A stretch of 11,060 nt of DNA from Planctomycetota bacterium (GTDB lineage Bacteria; Planctomycetota; B15-G4; JADJEK01), in contig JBGAIQ010000094.1 in NCBI GenBank assembly GCA_044225365.1, forward strand, positions 1-11,060, in the 5' to 3' direction. Numbering within the stretch: position 1 is the first letter of the stretch; every line of letters starts with the position of its first letter. Made by a program: the position numbers and the translations under genes. The notes under the pieces are model-generated. The model saw only the letters and a program-made list of their open reading frames with translations, was not told where the DNA came from and did no database searches. Below are positions 1 to 8,259 of the stretch, one piece after another.

Positions 1-1242
1 CGCCTCCCGATCGAGCAGGTCGAGGTGAAGATCGATCCGCGTGCCGAGTGGAAGGAGATCTTCGACGAGACGTGGCGCATCAACCGCGACTTCTTCTACG
101 ACCCCGCGATGCACGGCGCGAACTGGGCGGCGATGAAGGAGCGCTACGCGCAATTCCTGCCGCACCTCGCGACGCGGGGCGACCTCGCCCGCGTCATTCG
201 TTGGCTCTGCTCCGAACTCGCCGTCGGCCACAGTTTCTCGGGCGGTGGCGACACACTCGTGAAGGCGACGCCCGTTCCGATCGGCTTGCTCGGCGCGGAC
301 TACGACGTCACCGAGGGGCGCTATCGCTTCAAGAAGATCTTCGGTGAGCCCAACTGGTCGCCGGACGTCGTCGCACCGCTGCGTGAGCCGGGCATCGACG
401 TCAAGGTCGGCGAATTCCTGCTCGCCGTCGACGGCGTCGATCTGCGCGCGAACGAGGAGCTCTACGGTCGCTTCGAGAACTCTGTCGGCAAGCAGGTGAG
501 CCTCACGGTCGGCCCGACCGCCGACGGCCAGAATTCGCGAGTCGTGAAGGTCGTCCCGATCGACAGCGAGCGCGGTCTGCGTCATCGCGATTGGGTCGAG
601 GGCAATCTGCGCCACGTGACCGAAGCCACGAAGGGTCGCGTCGCGTACGTCTACGTCCCGAACACCGCGGACGAGGGCTTCATCGACTTCAAGCGCTACT
701 TCTTCCCGCAGGCCGATCGCGAAGCGCTGATCCTCGACGAACGCTTCAACGGCGGCGGCTCCGTCGCGGACTACTACATCGACATCCTCCGCCGCCCCTA
801 CATCGCGAACTGGGCGACGCGCTACGGCGCGAGCATCGCCACTCCGCAGGCCGCGATCGACGGACCGAAGGTGATGCTCATCAACGAGAACGCCGGCTCC
901 GGCGGCGATCTCCTGCCGTGGATGTTCCACAAGCTCGGCGTCGGAAAACTCATAGGGCGCCGCACGTGGGGTGGCCTCGTCGGCATCCTCGGATATCCCG
1001 AGTTGATGGATGGCGGCATGGTGACGTCGCCGAACATCGGAATCTGGACCGAGGACGAGGGATACACCGTCGAGAACGTTGGCGTTCCGCCCGACATCGA
1101 AGTCGAGCAGTTCCCGGCGGATTGCGAGGGCGGACGCGACCCGCAGCTCGAACGTGCGATCGCCGAAGTGATGAAGGAACTCGACGCGAATCCCCGCAAG
1201 GCGAAGACGCAGCCGCCGTTCCCCGTCCGCGTACGGCGCTGA
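1..1242 (+). CDS. Tricorn-like protease (peptidase S41), C-terminal part with C1, PDZ-like and catalytic domains; 5'-truncated by the window edge
   Basis: Frame is open from base 1 (RLPIEQVEVKIDP...) to TGA at 1240-1242. Tricorn-type motifs: EWKEIFDETWRINRDFFYDPAMHG, SELAVGH (candidate catalytic His), PDZ-like region, ILDERFNGGG, ENAGSGGD (candidate nucleophile Ser, codon 898-900), GRRTWGG, VENVGVPPDIEV, GRDPQLERAI. Confidence 0.93.
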   Translation, partial: RLPIEQVEVKIDPRAEWKEIFDETWRINRDFFYDPAMHGANWAAMKERYAQFLPHLATRGDLARVIRWLCSELAVGHSFSGGGDTLVKATPVPIGLLGADYDVTEGRYRFKKIFGEPNWSPDVVAPLREPGIDVKVGEFLLAVDGVDLRANEELYGRFENSVGKQVSLTVGPTADGQNSRVVKVVPIDSERGLRHRDWVEGNLRHVTEATKGRVAYVYVPNTADEGFIDFKRYFFPQADREALILDERFNGGGSVADYYIDILRRPYIANWATRYGASIATPQAAIDGPKVMLINENAGSGGDLLPWMFHKLGVGKLIGRRTWGGLVGILGYPELMDGGMVTSPNIGIWTEDEGYTVENVGVPPDIEVEQFPADCEGGRDPQLERAIAEVMKELDANPRKAKTQPPFPVRVRR

Positions 1243-1314
1243 CCCGAGGGCACGCGCGCCGCGGCGGAGTTCTGTGGCGTTCGAGTGGGCTGGAGCGCAG
1301 AATCGAACGACTCG

Positions 1315-2817
1315 ATGTTGTTCAGCTCCACGCTCTTCCTCTTCGCCTTCCTTCCGCTCGTCCTCGGAGGCAACTTCGTGTTGCCTCCGAGCTGGCGCAA
1401 TGCGTGGCTGCTGATCGCGAGCCTGTTCTTCTACGCGTGGGGCGAACCGTTCTTCGTCCTCGTATTGCTGCTGTCGATCACGATGACCTGGACCTGCGGA
1501 CTGTGGGTCGCGCGCGATCGCTCCGCGCGCTTCCCGCTCGTCGCGACCCTCGTGCTCAATCTCGGGCTCCTCGTTCTCTTCAAGTACGCGGACTTCTTCG
1601 TCGCGACCCTCTCCGATCTGCTGCTGTCGATTCGGATCCTCGACGCGCCGCTCCCCACGCTCGCTCGAGCGTGGCCCGCCGATTCGCCCGCTCGGGCGAT
1701 CCTGTTCGACGCGAACGGTCACACTCGACTGCCGCTCGGGATCTCGTTCTTCACTTTCCAAGCGATCTCGTACGTCCTCGACGTCCGGCGCGGCGAGGTC
1801 GCACCGCAGCGTCGATGGCGGGATCTCGCTCTGTACAAATCGCTGTTCCCGCAGCTCATCGCCGGGCCGATCGTTCGCTACCAGGACATCGAGAGCGAGA
1901 TCGCGACGCGATCCGTCACGGTGAGTGACTTCGCGCAAGGCGTTCGACGCTTCATCCTGGGGCTCGGCAAGAAGATGTTGATCGCGAACACGGTCGGCGA
2001 ATGCGCGGACCATGTGTTCGGAGTCTCCGCAGATCAACTCACGCCGTCGGTCGCTTGGGTCGGGATCGTCTGCTACACCGCGCAGATCTATTTCGACTTC
2101 TCGGGCTACAGCGACATGGCGATCGGGATCGGTCGCATGCTCGGCTTCCACATCAAGGAGAACTTCGCCTACCCGTACGTCGCGACGTCGATCACGGACT
2201 TCTGGCGCCGGTGGCACCTGTCGCTCTCGACCTGGTTCCGCGATTACCTCTACGTCCCACTCGGCGGGAATCGAAGGGGTCGCGCTCGGACGTACTTCAA
2301 TCTCGCGCTCGTGTTCGCATTGTGCGGCTTGTGGCATGGCGCCGCATCGAGCTTCCTGGTGTGGGGTCTCTTCCATGGCGCGTTCCTCGTGTCGGAACGG
2401 GCCGGTATCTCTCGTATCTTGGAAGTGATGCCGCGCGCCGTTCGACACGCATACGCGATGCTCGTCGTCATGATCGGCTGGGTCCTGTTCCGCGCGTCCG
2501 ATCTCCCCCACGCCATCTCGTACCTCGAAACGATGTGCGGGCTTCGAAGCGCGTCGGGAATCCGATCCGAAGTGCTCACGACGGCGATTCTGCTCGATGC
2601 TCCCTTGAAGCTCTCACTCCTCGCCGCAATCGTGGCAGCGACCCCGATCCTGCCGCTCGCGACGCGAGCGATCGAGAAGAGGGAGGAACGGGGCGATGTC
2701 GTTCCTGTCGTCGCGGCACGCGGCTTCGGCATGGTCGCGACGCTTGCGATCCTCGTGCTCTGCTGCCTGTTCATGGCGGCAGGGACCTACAACCCGTTCA
2801 TCTACTTTCGATTCTGA
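1315..2817 (+). CDS. algI: MBOAT-family membrane-bound O-acyltransferase, AlgI/PatA/DltB-like
   Basis: ATG at 1315 gives the family-typical start MLFSSTLFLFAFLP, preferred over GTG 1285. Motifs: SLFFYAWGEP, LPLGISFFTFQAISY, FPQLIAGPIVRY, QIYFDFSGYSDMAIG, DFWRRWHLSLSTWFRDYLY, GLWHGA (catalytic His), C-terminal YNPFIYFRF. Many hydrophobic segments. The symbol denotes homology, not a proven alginate substrate. Confidence 0.93.
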   Translation: MLFSSTLFLFAFLPLVLGGNFVLPPSWRNAWLLIASLFFYAWGEPFFVLVLLLSITMTWTCGLWVARDRSARFPLVATLVLNLGLLVLFKYADFFVATLSDLLLSIRILDAPLPTLARAWPADSPARAILFDANGHTRLPLGISFFTFQAISYVLDVRRGEVAPQRRWRDLALYKSLFPQLIAGPIVRYQDIESEIATRSVTVSDFAQGVRRFILGLGKKMLIANTVGECADHVFGVSADQLTPSVAWVGIVCYTAQIYFDFSGYSDMAIGIGRMLGFHIKENFAYPYVATSITDFWRRWHLSLSTWFRDYLYVPLGGNRRGRARTYFNLALVFALCGLWHGAASSFLVWGLFHGAFLVSERAGISRILEVMPRAVRHAYAMLVVMIGWVLFRASDLPHAISYLETMCGLRSASGIRSEVLTTAILLDAPLKLSLLAAIVAATPILPLATRAIEKREERGDVVPVVAARGFGMVATLAILVLCCLFMAAGTYNPFIYFRF

Positions 2818-4028
2818 TGCGAGAGACCACGCCATTGCGAAGCGCCGAATCGACTCCGTCGATCCTCGATCGCATCTTGATCGCGGGTTTCGGGCTCGTG
2901 TTGCTCGCCCCGACGATCGATCGCTTCCTTCGATCCGATGCGCAGCGTGCGCCCACGCTCGAATTGCGTCCCGTTGCTCGGCCACCGACGACGCCACATC
3001 GACTCCTCGATCTGCTCGCGTTTCCGAGATCGTTCGAGGCGCACTGGAACGACACGTTCGGGTTGCGGGACAAGTTCCTGCGGTGGCACAGCATCGTGAA
3101 GTTGTTCGGGCTCTCCGTCGCTCCGAGCTCGCGATACCTGATCGGGAAGGACGGTTGGATCTTCCTACGCTCCGATTCCGTCATCGACACGTGGCGCGGT
3201 GTCGATCCGTTCACGACCGATGAACTCGAGTCGTGGCGACAGCGAATCGAGTCGCGGCAGCGCGCGTGCGCGGAGATCGGCGCTCGGTACCTGTTCGTAA
3301 TCGCGCCCGACAAGCCGGAGATCTACCCCGAATACGTGCCGAAGCGGTTCGCGAAGGTGGGGCCTTCGCGCATCGATCAACTCTACGAATACCTCGCAAC
3401 GCGCTCGAAGGTCGAATTCCTCGACCTCCGTCCCTGCCTCATCGACGCGAAGAAGCTCGACGATCCGCACAAGGGCGATTTCGTCTACTACCCCCGCGGC
3501 GCACACTGGCAGACGCGCGGTGCGATCGCCGCGATGAACGTTCTCTTCCTTCATCTCTCGCAACTGGGTGTGCACGTCGCGCCGATGCCGCTCGAGGACC
3601 ATCGTCTCGTCGCCCGCGCGGGCGTAGGCGATTCCGATGCTCGCACGATGTACGTGAAGGATCTCTTGCCGCAGGCCGAGTTCTGGTGGACGCCACGCAC
3701 GAATCGCCAGCGACTCATCGAATTGTCGAATCCGCGCGCAGCGAGTGCCCGCGCAGCAGCCCCGGCGGATTCGGTCGGCGCGACCGACACGATCGAGATC
3801 GCGGGACGAATACGAATCACGGAAGTCGACGATTCCGCCCTCCCCCGCGCGGTCGTCCTCCACGACTCCTTCGCCACGTACTTCGAGCGCTCGCTCAGCG
3901 AATCGTTCTCGCGCCTCGCGATGTTTTGGACCTCGGAATTCGATCGCGCTTCGATCGCCGCGCAGAAGCCCGACGCGGTGATCGAACTCTACGTCGAGCG
4001 CGCGCTCGTCCTCGAAACCCCACGCTGA
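2817..4028 (+). CDS. AlgJ/AlgX-like SGNH-type extracytoplasmic O-acyltransferase (403 aa, N-terminal membrane anchor)
   Basis: ATG 2817-2819 overlaps the MBOAT stop (TGATG). The 675-aa ORF from 2001 is an over-extension. Hydrophobic anchor ILIAGFGLVLLAP; motifs WNDTFGLR, IGKDGWIF, IAPDKPEIYPEY, YYPRGAHWQTRGA, VVLHDSF, KPDAVIELYVER. Sits directly downstream of an AlgI-like gene. Confidence 0.85.
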   Translation: MRETTPLRSAESTPSILDRILIAGFGLVLLAPTIDRFLRSDAQRAPTLELRPVARPPTTPHRLLDLLAFPRSFEAHWNDTFGLRDKFLRWHSIVKLFGLSVAPSSRYLIGKDGWIFLRSDSVIDTWRGVDPFTTDELESWRQRIESRQRACAEIGARYLFVIAPDKPEIYPEYVPKRFAKVGPSRIDQLYEYLATRSKVEFLDLRPCLIDAKKLDDPHKGDFVYYPRGAHWQTRGAIAAMNVLFLHLSQLGVHVAPMPLEDHRLVARAGVGDSDARTMYVKDLLPQAEFWWTPRTNRQRLIELSNPRAASARAAAPADSVGATDTIEIAGRIRITEVDDSALPRAVVLHDSFATYFERSLSESFSRLAMFWTSEFDRASIAAQKPDAVIELYVERALVLETPR

Positions 4029-4032
4029 ACCG

Positions 4033-4539
4033 TCAGATCGAAGTGCCCATGAGGTCGAGTTCGACATCGTTCGGACTGAGGCGCACACGTCGCTCGAATC
4101 GCATTCCTAGCTTTTGAAGCAATCGCACCGATCGCTCGTTGTCCGCCTTCACGACCGCCACGAGTCGCTTCAAATGGAAACGCGAGCGAGCGCAGTCGCG
4201 CACCGCGCTCGCCACCTCCAACGCGTAGCCTCGCGTCCGGAACTCCGGGAGGAAGGCGTAGCCGATGTCCACGTCGTCGAGACCATCGCGTTGGATGAGA
4301 CCGCACATCCCGATCGGCCAATCGTTCGACTTCAACGCGACTCGCCAGAGTCCGAATCCGAATCGGGCGTAGCTCGCGATCGGTCCCGCGATCAGATAGT
4401 CGCGCGCCGCTTCGATCGTGCGAACGCCCTTGTCCGCGATGTTCGCGATGAACGCGGGATCGTTGAGCAGCGCGAGGATGAACTCCGCATCGCCCGGAGT
4501 GAATTCACGAACGGTGAGTCGCTCGGTCTCGAGGATCAC
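4033..4539 (-). CDS. GNAT family N-acetyltransferase, RimJ/RimL-like
   Basis: GTG start with GGGAG 5 nt upstream. Sequence features: ILETERL start, GFGLWRV, PIGMCGL, DIGYAFLPEFRTRGYALE (acetyl-CoA-binding motif A region), NERSVRLLQKLGM. Confidence 0.92.
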   Translation of the reverse strand: MILETERLTVREFTPGDAEFILALLNDPAFIANIADKGVRTIEAARDYLIAGPIASYARFGFGLWRVALKSNDWPIGMCGLIQRDGLDDVDIGYAFLPEFRTRGYALEVASAVRDCARSRFHLKRLVAVVKADNERSVRLLQKLGMRFERRVRLSPNDVELDLMGTSI

Positions 4540-4620
4540 GATGGCTCCCGGCGCAAAGAGCGCCTCGCAGCGTGAGGACGACGGAGTGTATCCTCACGCT
4601 GCGCGCCGAACGACCGTCCA

Positions 4621-6321
4621 TCAGGACGAGAACGTGAACTGCGTCGCGCTCGTCACTCCCCGCACGTGGTTGTTCAACGGATTCATGAGCACCGCGGCGT
4701 GATAGACGCGAACCCCGTCGAGGCCGAAGCCCGGCAGATTCGGCGGCAGGACGAATTGGAGCGTGGCCCTGCCCGACGCGTCCAGCGTGCCGATCGGAAC
4801 CGTCAGGAGTCCCGGCGTTCCCTGGGCCGTGAATTGGGTGTAGAAATCGAAGTCGAGCGGGAGATGGTAGATCCCGAGCGGAATCCCGGGGCTCGTACCA
4901 GTCACCGATCCGAGCACGAGGTACTTGTCTCCGGCGTGAGCGGGTCCGGCATCGAGGAACATCGTCTGCGCTGGTGGAAAACTGCAGGGCGCGCCGCAGG
5001 GATTCAAGTAGGACGGGACGCCAACGAAGTCGTTGCCCAATCCCGTCGGTGCGGATCCGACCCACGCGCCGCCGCTGTCGTTTCCGTGGTCGTCGTCGGC
5101 GGGAGCGCCGCAGACGACCGTTGCGCCGGAGATGCCGACCGCACGCGCGAACGCGTCGAACGGCGCGGAGTCGTTCGGCACGAGCTTGCCGACTTCGGCG
5201 AATCCTCCGCTCGTGCGACGGTAGATCCACGCCGCGCCGCGCCCGTCGCCGTTCTGATTCGCATCCCGCGAACCGACGACGAACGTGTCGCCATCGAGGT
5301 CGACGGAGACGCCGAAGCCGATTCCGTTCTCCAGGTCGTCGATGTCGACGGCGCCCGGACCGATGCGCTCGACACGCATCCAACTCGATCCCGACTTCTC
5401 CCACACGTCCGCGATGCCCGGGACGTAGTAGCCGCCGAGTGGGCCGCCGTACGGCGAAGTGACGATCGCACGATCGCCGTCGATCGCGACGGCCGTGCCG
5501 TAGAACCAGCCATCGCCACTCTGCGGAGTGGGAGTGAGCTTCTGCACGGGATCCCACGCGTTGTACTGCTCGCAGATCTGCGCGCGACCACGGAGGTTTC
5601 CGCCGTCGTACGCGAGCGGCGCGCTCGCGAGCACGCGGTTGCCGGTGAGCGCCACCGCGGAGCCGAAGCCGTCGAAGTCCTGACCGTCCGCCATCTCCAG
5701 GATCTTCGCGATCTCGGACCAGGAGGAGCCGGACTTGTCGTAGACGTACACCGCGCCGGGATCGGTGACGAACGGAACGCCGTCTCCGCTCGGCGCGCCG
5801 ACGGCGATGCGATCCTGGTCCGCCGATACCGCGGCACCGAATCGGTCATCGGCCTGGCCATCGGAGGGCACGACCTTCGAGGCCAGCGTCCAGACCGTGC
5901 CTACCGGCTCATAGACGTACATCGCTCCGCAGCGCACGGCCGCCGGGTTCATCGCGCCCGGAGCGCCGACGACGATGCGGGTCGGCGTCACGTCGACGGC
6001 GCTACCAAAACGACCGTTCGCAATCGGGTCCGGCGGGACGAGCTTCGCGACCTGCGTCCACGCGCCCGCGACGTTCTGATAGACGTAGGCCGCGCCGGCG
6101 TCCGTAACGACTGCGTCGGCGAACGGCGCCCCGATGACGATCACGCTCCCTTTCACCGCCACCGCAGATCCGCAACGGTCGCTCGCGGCGAGATCGGTCG
6201 GGACGAGTTTGGCGTCGAGCGATTGCGCCTGCGACATCGCAGCGAACGACAGCGAGAGGCATGCGACGCCGAGGAATCGACGCCGCGAATCGTGAGAATG
6301 GACTCGTTGAGGAGTGTTCAT
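4621..6321 (-). CDS. Exported FG-GAP repeat protein (predicted seven-bladed beta-propeller) with a ~140-aa C-terminal domain
   Basis: Seven ~55-aa repeats of the form KLxPxD...(F)GxAV....xxVGAP...GAxYVY....W. N-terminus has SRRRFLG, a hydrophobic stretch and an SQA|Q cleavage-like site. Non-repeat C-terminal tail follows. Confidence 0.88.
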   Translation of the reverse strand: MNTPQRVHSHDSRRRFLGVACLSLSFAAMSQAQSLDAKLVPTDLAASDRCGSAVAVKGSVIVIGAPFADAVVTDAGAAYVYQNVAGAWTQVAKLVPPDPIANGRFGSAVDVTPTRIVVGAPGAMNPAAVRCGAMYVYEPVGTVWTLASKVVPSDGQADDRFGAAVSADQDRIAVGAPSGDGVPFVTDPGAVYVYDKSGSSWSEIAKILEMADGQDFDGFGSAVALTGNRVLASAPLAYDGGNLRGRAQICEQYNAWDPVQKLTPTPQSGDGWFYGTAVAIDGDRAIVTSPYGGPLGGYYVPGIADVWEKSGSSWMRVERIGPGAVDIDDLENGIGFGVSVDLDGDTFVVGSRDANQNGDGRGAAWIYRRTSGGFAEVGKLVPNDSAPFDAFARAVGISGATVVCGAPADDDHGNDSGGAWVGSAPTGLGNDFVGVPSYLNPCGAPCSFPPAQTMFLDAGPAHAGDKYLVLGSVTGTSPGIPLGIYHLPLDFDFYTQFTAQGTPGLLTVPIGTLDASGRATLQFVLPPNLPGFGLDGVRVYHAAVLMNPLNNHVRGVTSATQFTFSS

Positions 6322-6493
6322 GATCTACCCGAGAGATGGTCTTGGTGGGGCCAGGGCCGAGAGATCCACGTACCTTCAACCGTAACCTCAGTCAGCGATT
6401 TGTGACGGAACTATTGCGTCCTCGCGAGCCGCTGCGCGCAAAATGATGCAACTCGGCCCCTCTCGCTTCCTCCCGACTTCCCACGGAGTTCGC

Positions 6494-7600
6494 ATGGTTC
6501 CGGCGTTCGTTGCCCTGCTCCCCTTCGCGTTCGGTCCGCCCATCACGGTGAACCTGTCCCCGTGCCAGCCTACGAAGACCGAATTCCTCCGCTGGTCGCC
6601 GAAGGGCGCGAAGGTCGCGCTCACAGCCGACGGCGCCGGACTGCACGGAACGTTCGAACTCGGACGCGAACCCGCGACGAAGGTTGCATTGCGCCTCGTG
6701 AAATCGAAGGACTCGACCCACTTCGACTCGCTCGAGATCGACGCCGATGGCGACGGGAAGTTCGGAACCGACGAGAAATCGACGGCGACGCCCAAGGAGT
6801 CCAAGCACAAATGGTGGTCGAACTTCTCCTCCTCCCTGAAGCTCTCCGTTCCTGACGACTCGGGAGGCGCGACGCGAACTCGGCCGTATCCGATCGATCT
6901 CTGGTTCGTCGAGGATCCGCAGGAGAAGGACTCCGAGCCCGTTCTTCGATGGTCACGCCGCGGCTGGCACGAAGGCGAATGCACGATCGATGGCAAACCG
7001 GCGTACGTACTCATCACGGACATGGAGATGGACGGCGTGTTCGACCAGCGCGACGTCTGGACGATCGCCCGCGAGAAGAAGGACTTGTATGGCACGGACT
7101 CGCGCGCGCTCGATGGACACGCGTGGCTCGGCGACATCGCCTATCGCCCTACCGCGATCGATCTCCACGGACGCTTCCTCTCGTTCGAGTCCTTCGATCC
7201 AGGTATCACGCGGGACGAGGAATCGAAGAAGGCCGATACGCTCGCGCCCGATCGCGAGGCGCCGCGCGCAGACAAACCCGTTGCGTTCGAGCACGACTAC
7301 GCTGCCGCGATCGCGAGGGGCAAGAGCGAGAACAAGCGCGTCTTCGTCGATTTCGAAACGACGTGGTGCGGCCCGTGCAAGACGATGGACAAGCTCGTGT
7401 ACACGAGCAAAGCCGTCGCCGACGCCGCGTCCAGCATCGTCGCGGTGAAGGTCGATGGGGACGAACATCGCGATCTCGTGAAGCAATACGGCGTCTCGGC
7501 CTACCCCACCCTCATCGTGCTCGACGCCACGGGCAAGGAAACGCGTCGCGCCGTCGGCTACCGCAGCATCATCGAAGTCGTCGAGTTGTTGAAGCCGTGA
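6494..7600 (+). CDS. Probably exported protein with an unknown N-terminal domain and a C-terminal thioredoxin-fold domain (WCGPC)
   Basis: ATG 6494 has GGAG at 6485-6488; ATG 6443 and 6446 are alternative starts. Short hydrophobic N-terminus VPAFVALLPFAFG. Thioredoxin features: AIARGKSENKRVFVDFETTWCGPCKTMD (WCGPC at 7364-7378), VKVDGD, YPT cis-Pro loop, GY near the C-terminus. Confidence 0.85.
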   Translation: MVPAFVALLPFAFGPPITVNLSPCQPTKTEFLRWSPKGAKVALTADGAGLHGTFELGREPATKVALRLVKSKDSTHFDSLEIDADGDGKFGTDEKSTATPKESKHKWWSNFSSSLKLSVPDDSGGATRTRPYPIDLWFVEDPQEKDSEPVLRWSRRGWHEGECTIDGKPAYVLITDMEMDGVFDQRDVWTIAREKKDLYGTDSRALDGHAWLGDIAYRPTAIDLHGRFLSFESFDPGITRDEESKKADTLAPDREAPRADKPVAFEHDYAAAIARGKSENKRVFVDFETTWCGPCKTMDKLVYTSKAVADAASSIVAVKVDGDEHRDLVKQYGVSAYPTLIVLDATGKETRRAVGYRSIIEVVELLKP

Positions 7601-7607
7601 GAGCGGT

Positions 7608-8258
7608 TCACCGCACGACGAACCCGATGACGACGAGCCATAGCGGACTCGGATACGCCGCGAAACGCTCCATGCCGCCGATACCGAGGCCGAGGTAGAC
7701 CTCGAGGACGAAGAGAAGTGTAGCCATGAGTCCGACGACGCCCGACGCGAGCGAGAACAGCGCGAGGCCTGGTCGCCGCAGGACGCGCAGGATTGGCAGT
7801 GAAAGGACGATCATCGCGAGATTGCCGCAGATGAACTGCGCCCCCGCGCCAAGTTTGTGAATCGCGAGATCGACGTCCTCGGGAAAGAGCCCGACGAGAA
7901 CCGGACCGGGCGCCGCGATCGCGAGCAGTACGAGGCCGACCGTCCGGACCCTGCTTCGCGGCAACGCTCGCGCGAACAGGATGGCCGAGAACGCCATCGC
8001 CGCGCCGAACAGAACGAACGAGACGTTCATCACGGCATGCCACGGCGAGCACACGTAGAGGACTTCGCGACCGACCTCGAAGGGGCCGCACGTCGTGTTT
8101 CCGAGATCGCTGATGTAGTCCTTACCGAGGCTGTAATGCGTCGTCCACGCCAACCCAACGACGATCTGCGCAACGAAGAACTGGATCGCGAGGAGAGCGA
8201 CGAGACGTGCGAGCCCGCGCAAGGACTCCCTCCTCGATTCGACGGAATCTCCACCCAC
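7608..8258 (-). CDS. DUF998-like multi-pass membrane protein (~216 aa)
   Basis: In-frame GTG at 8258 lies 1 nt after the upstream gene's TAG. The longer ORF to 8639 overlaps the aminoacylase and is unlikely. Motifs YSLGKDYISDLG..CG, CSPWHAVMN, GLFPED, H, GGMER and several hydrophobic helices fit my recollection of DUF998. Start codon is uncertain. Confidence 0.75.
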   Translation of the reverse strand: MGGDSVESRRESLRGLARLVALLAIQFFVAQIVVGLAWTTHYSLGKDYISDLGNTTCGPFEVGREVLYVCSPWHAVMNVSFVLFGAAMAFSAILFARALPRSRVRTVGLVLLAIAAPGPVLVGLFPEDVDLAIHKLGAGAQFICGNLAMIVLSLPILRVLRRPGLALFSLASGVVGLMATLLFVLEVYLGLGIGGMERFAAYPSPLWLVVIGFVVR

Positions 8259-8259
8259 G

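Noticed and set aside
889-909. GSGGD instead of the archaeal tricorn GSDGD as a sign of inactivation
   Set aside because: The nucleophile Ser and the upstream His are retained, and to my knowledge GSGGD is common in bacterial tricorn homologs.
1251-1287. Possible terminator hairpin after the protease gene (CGCCGCGG...CTGTGGCG)
   Set aside because: The stem relies on G-U pairs and lacks a U-tract; in GC-rich DNA it is not distinguishable from chance.
2001-2816. N-terminal 272-aa extension of the AlgJ-like ORF
   Set aside because: It overlaps the MBOAT in another frame and is Arg-rich shadow sequence; the ATG at 2817 coupled to the MBOAT stop is a better start.
4033-4539. GNAT as a third component of the adjacent O-acylation module
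   Set aside because: It is on the opposite, convergent strand and is a generic cytoplasmic RimJ/RimL-type enzyme; nothing beyond proximity links them.
6322-6493. Specific promoter calls in the divergent intergenic region (TTGCGT-N19-CAAAAT on plus; GTCACA ECF-like box on minus)
   Set aside because: Promoters probably lie here, but the matches and spacing are too weak to assign.
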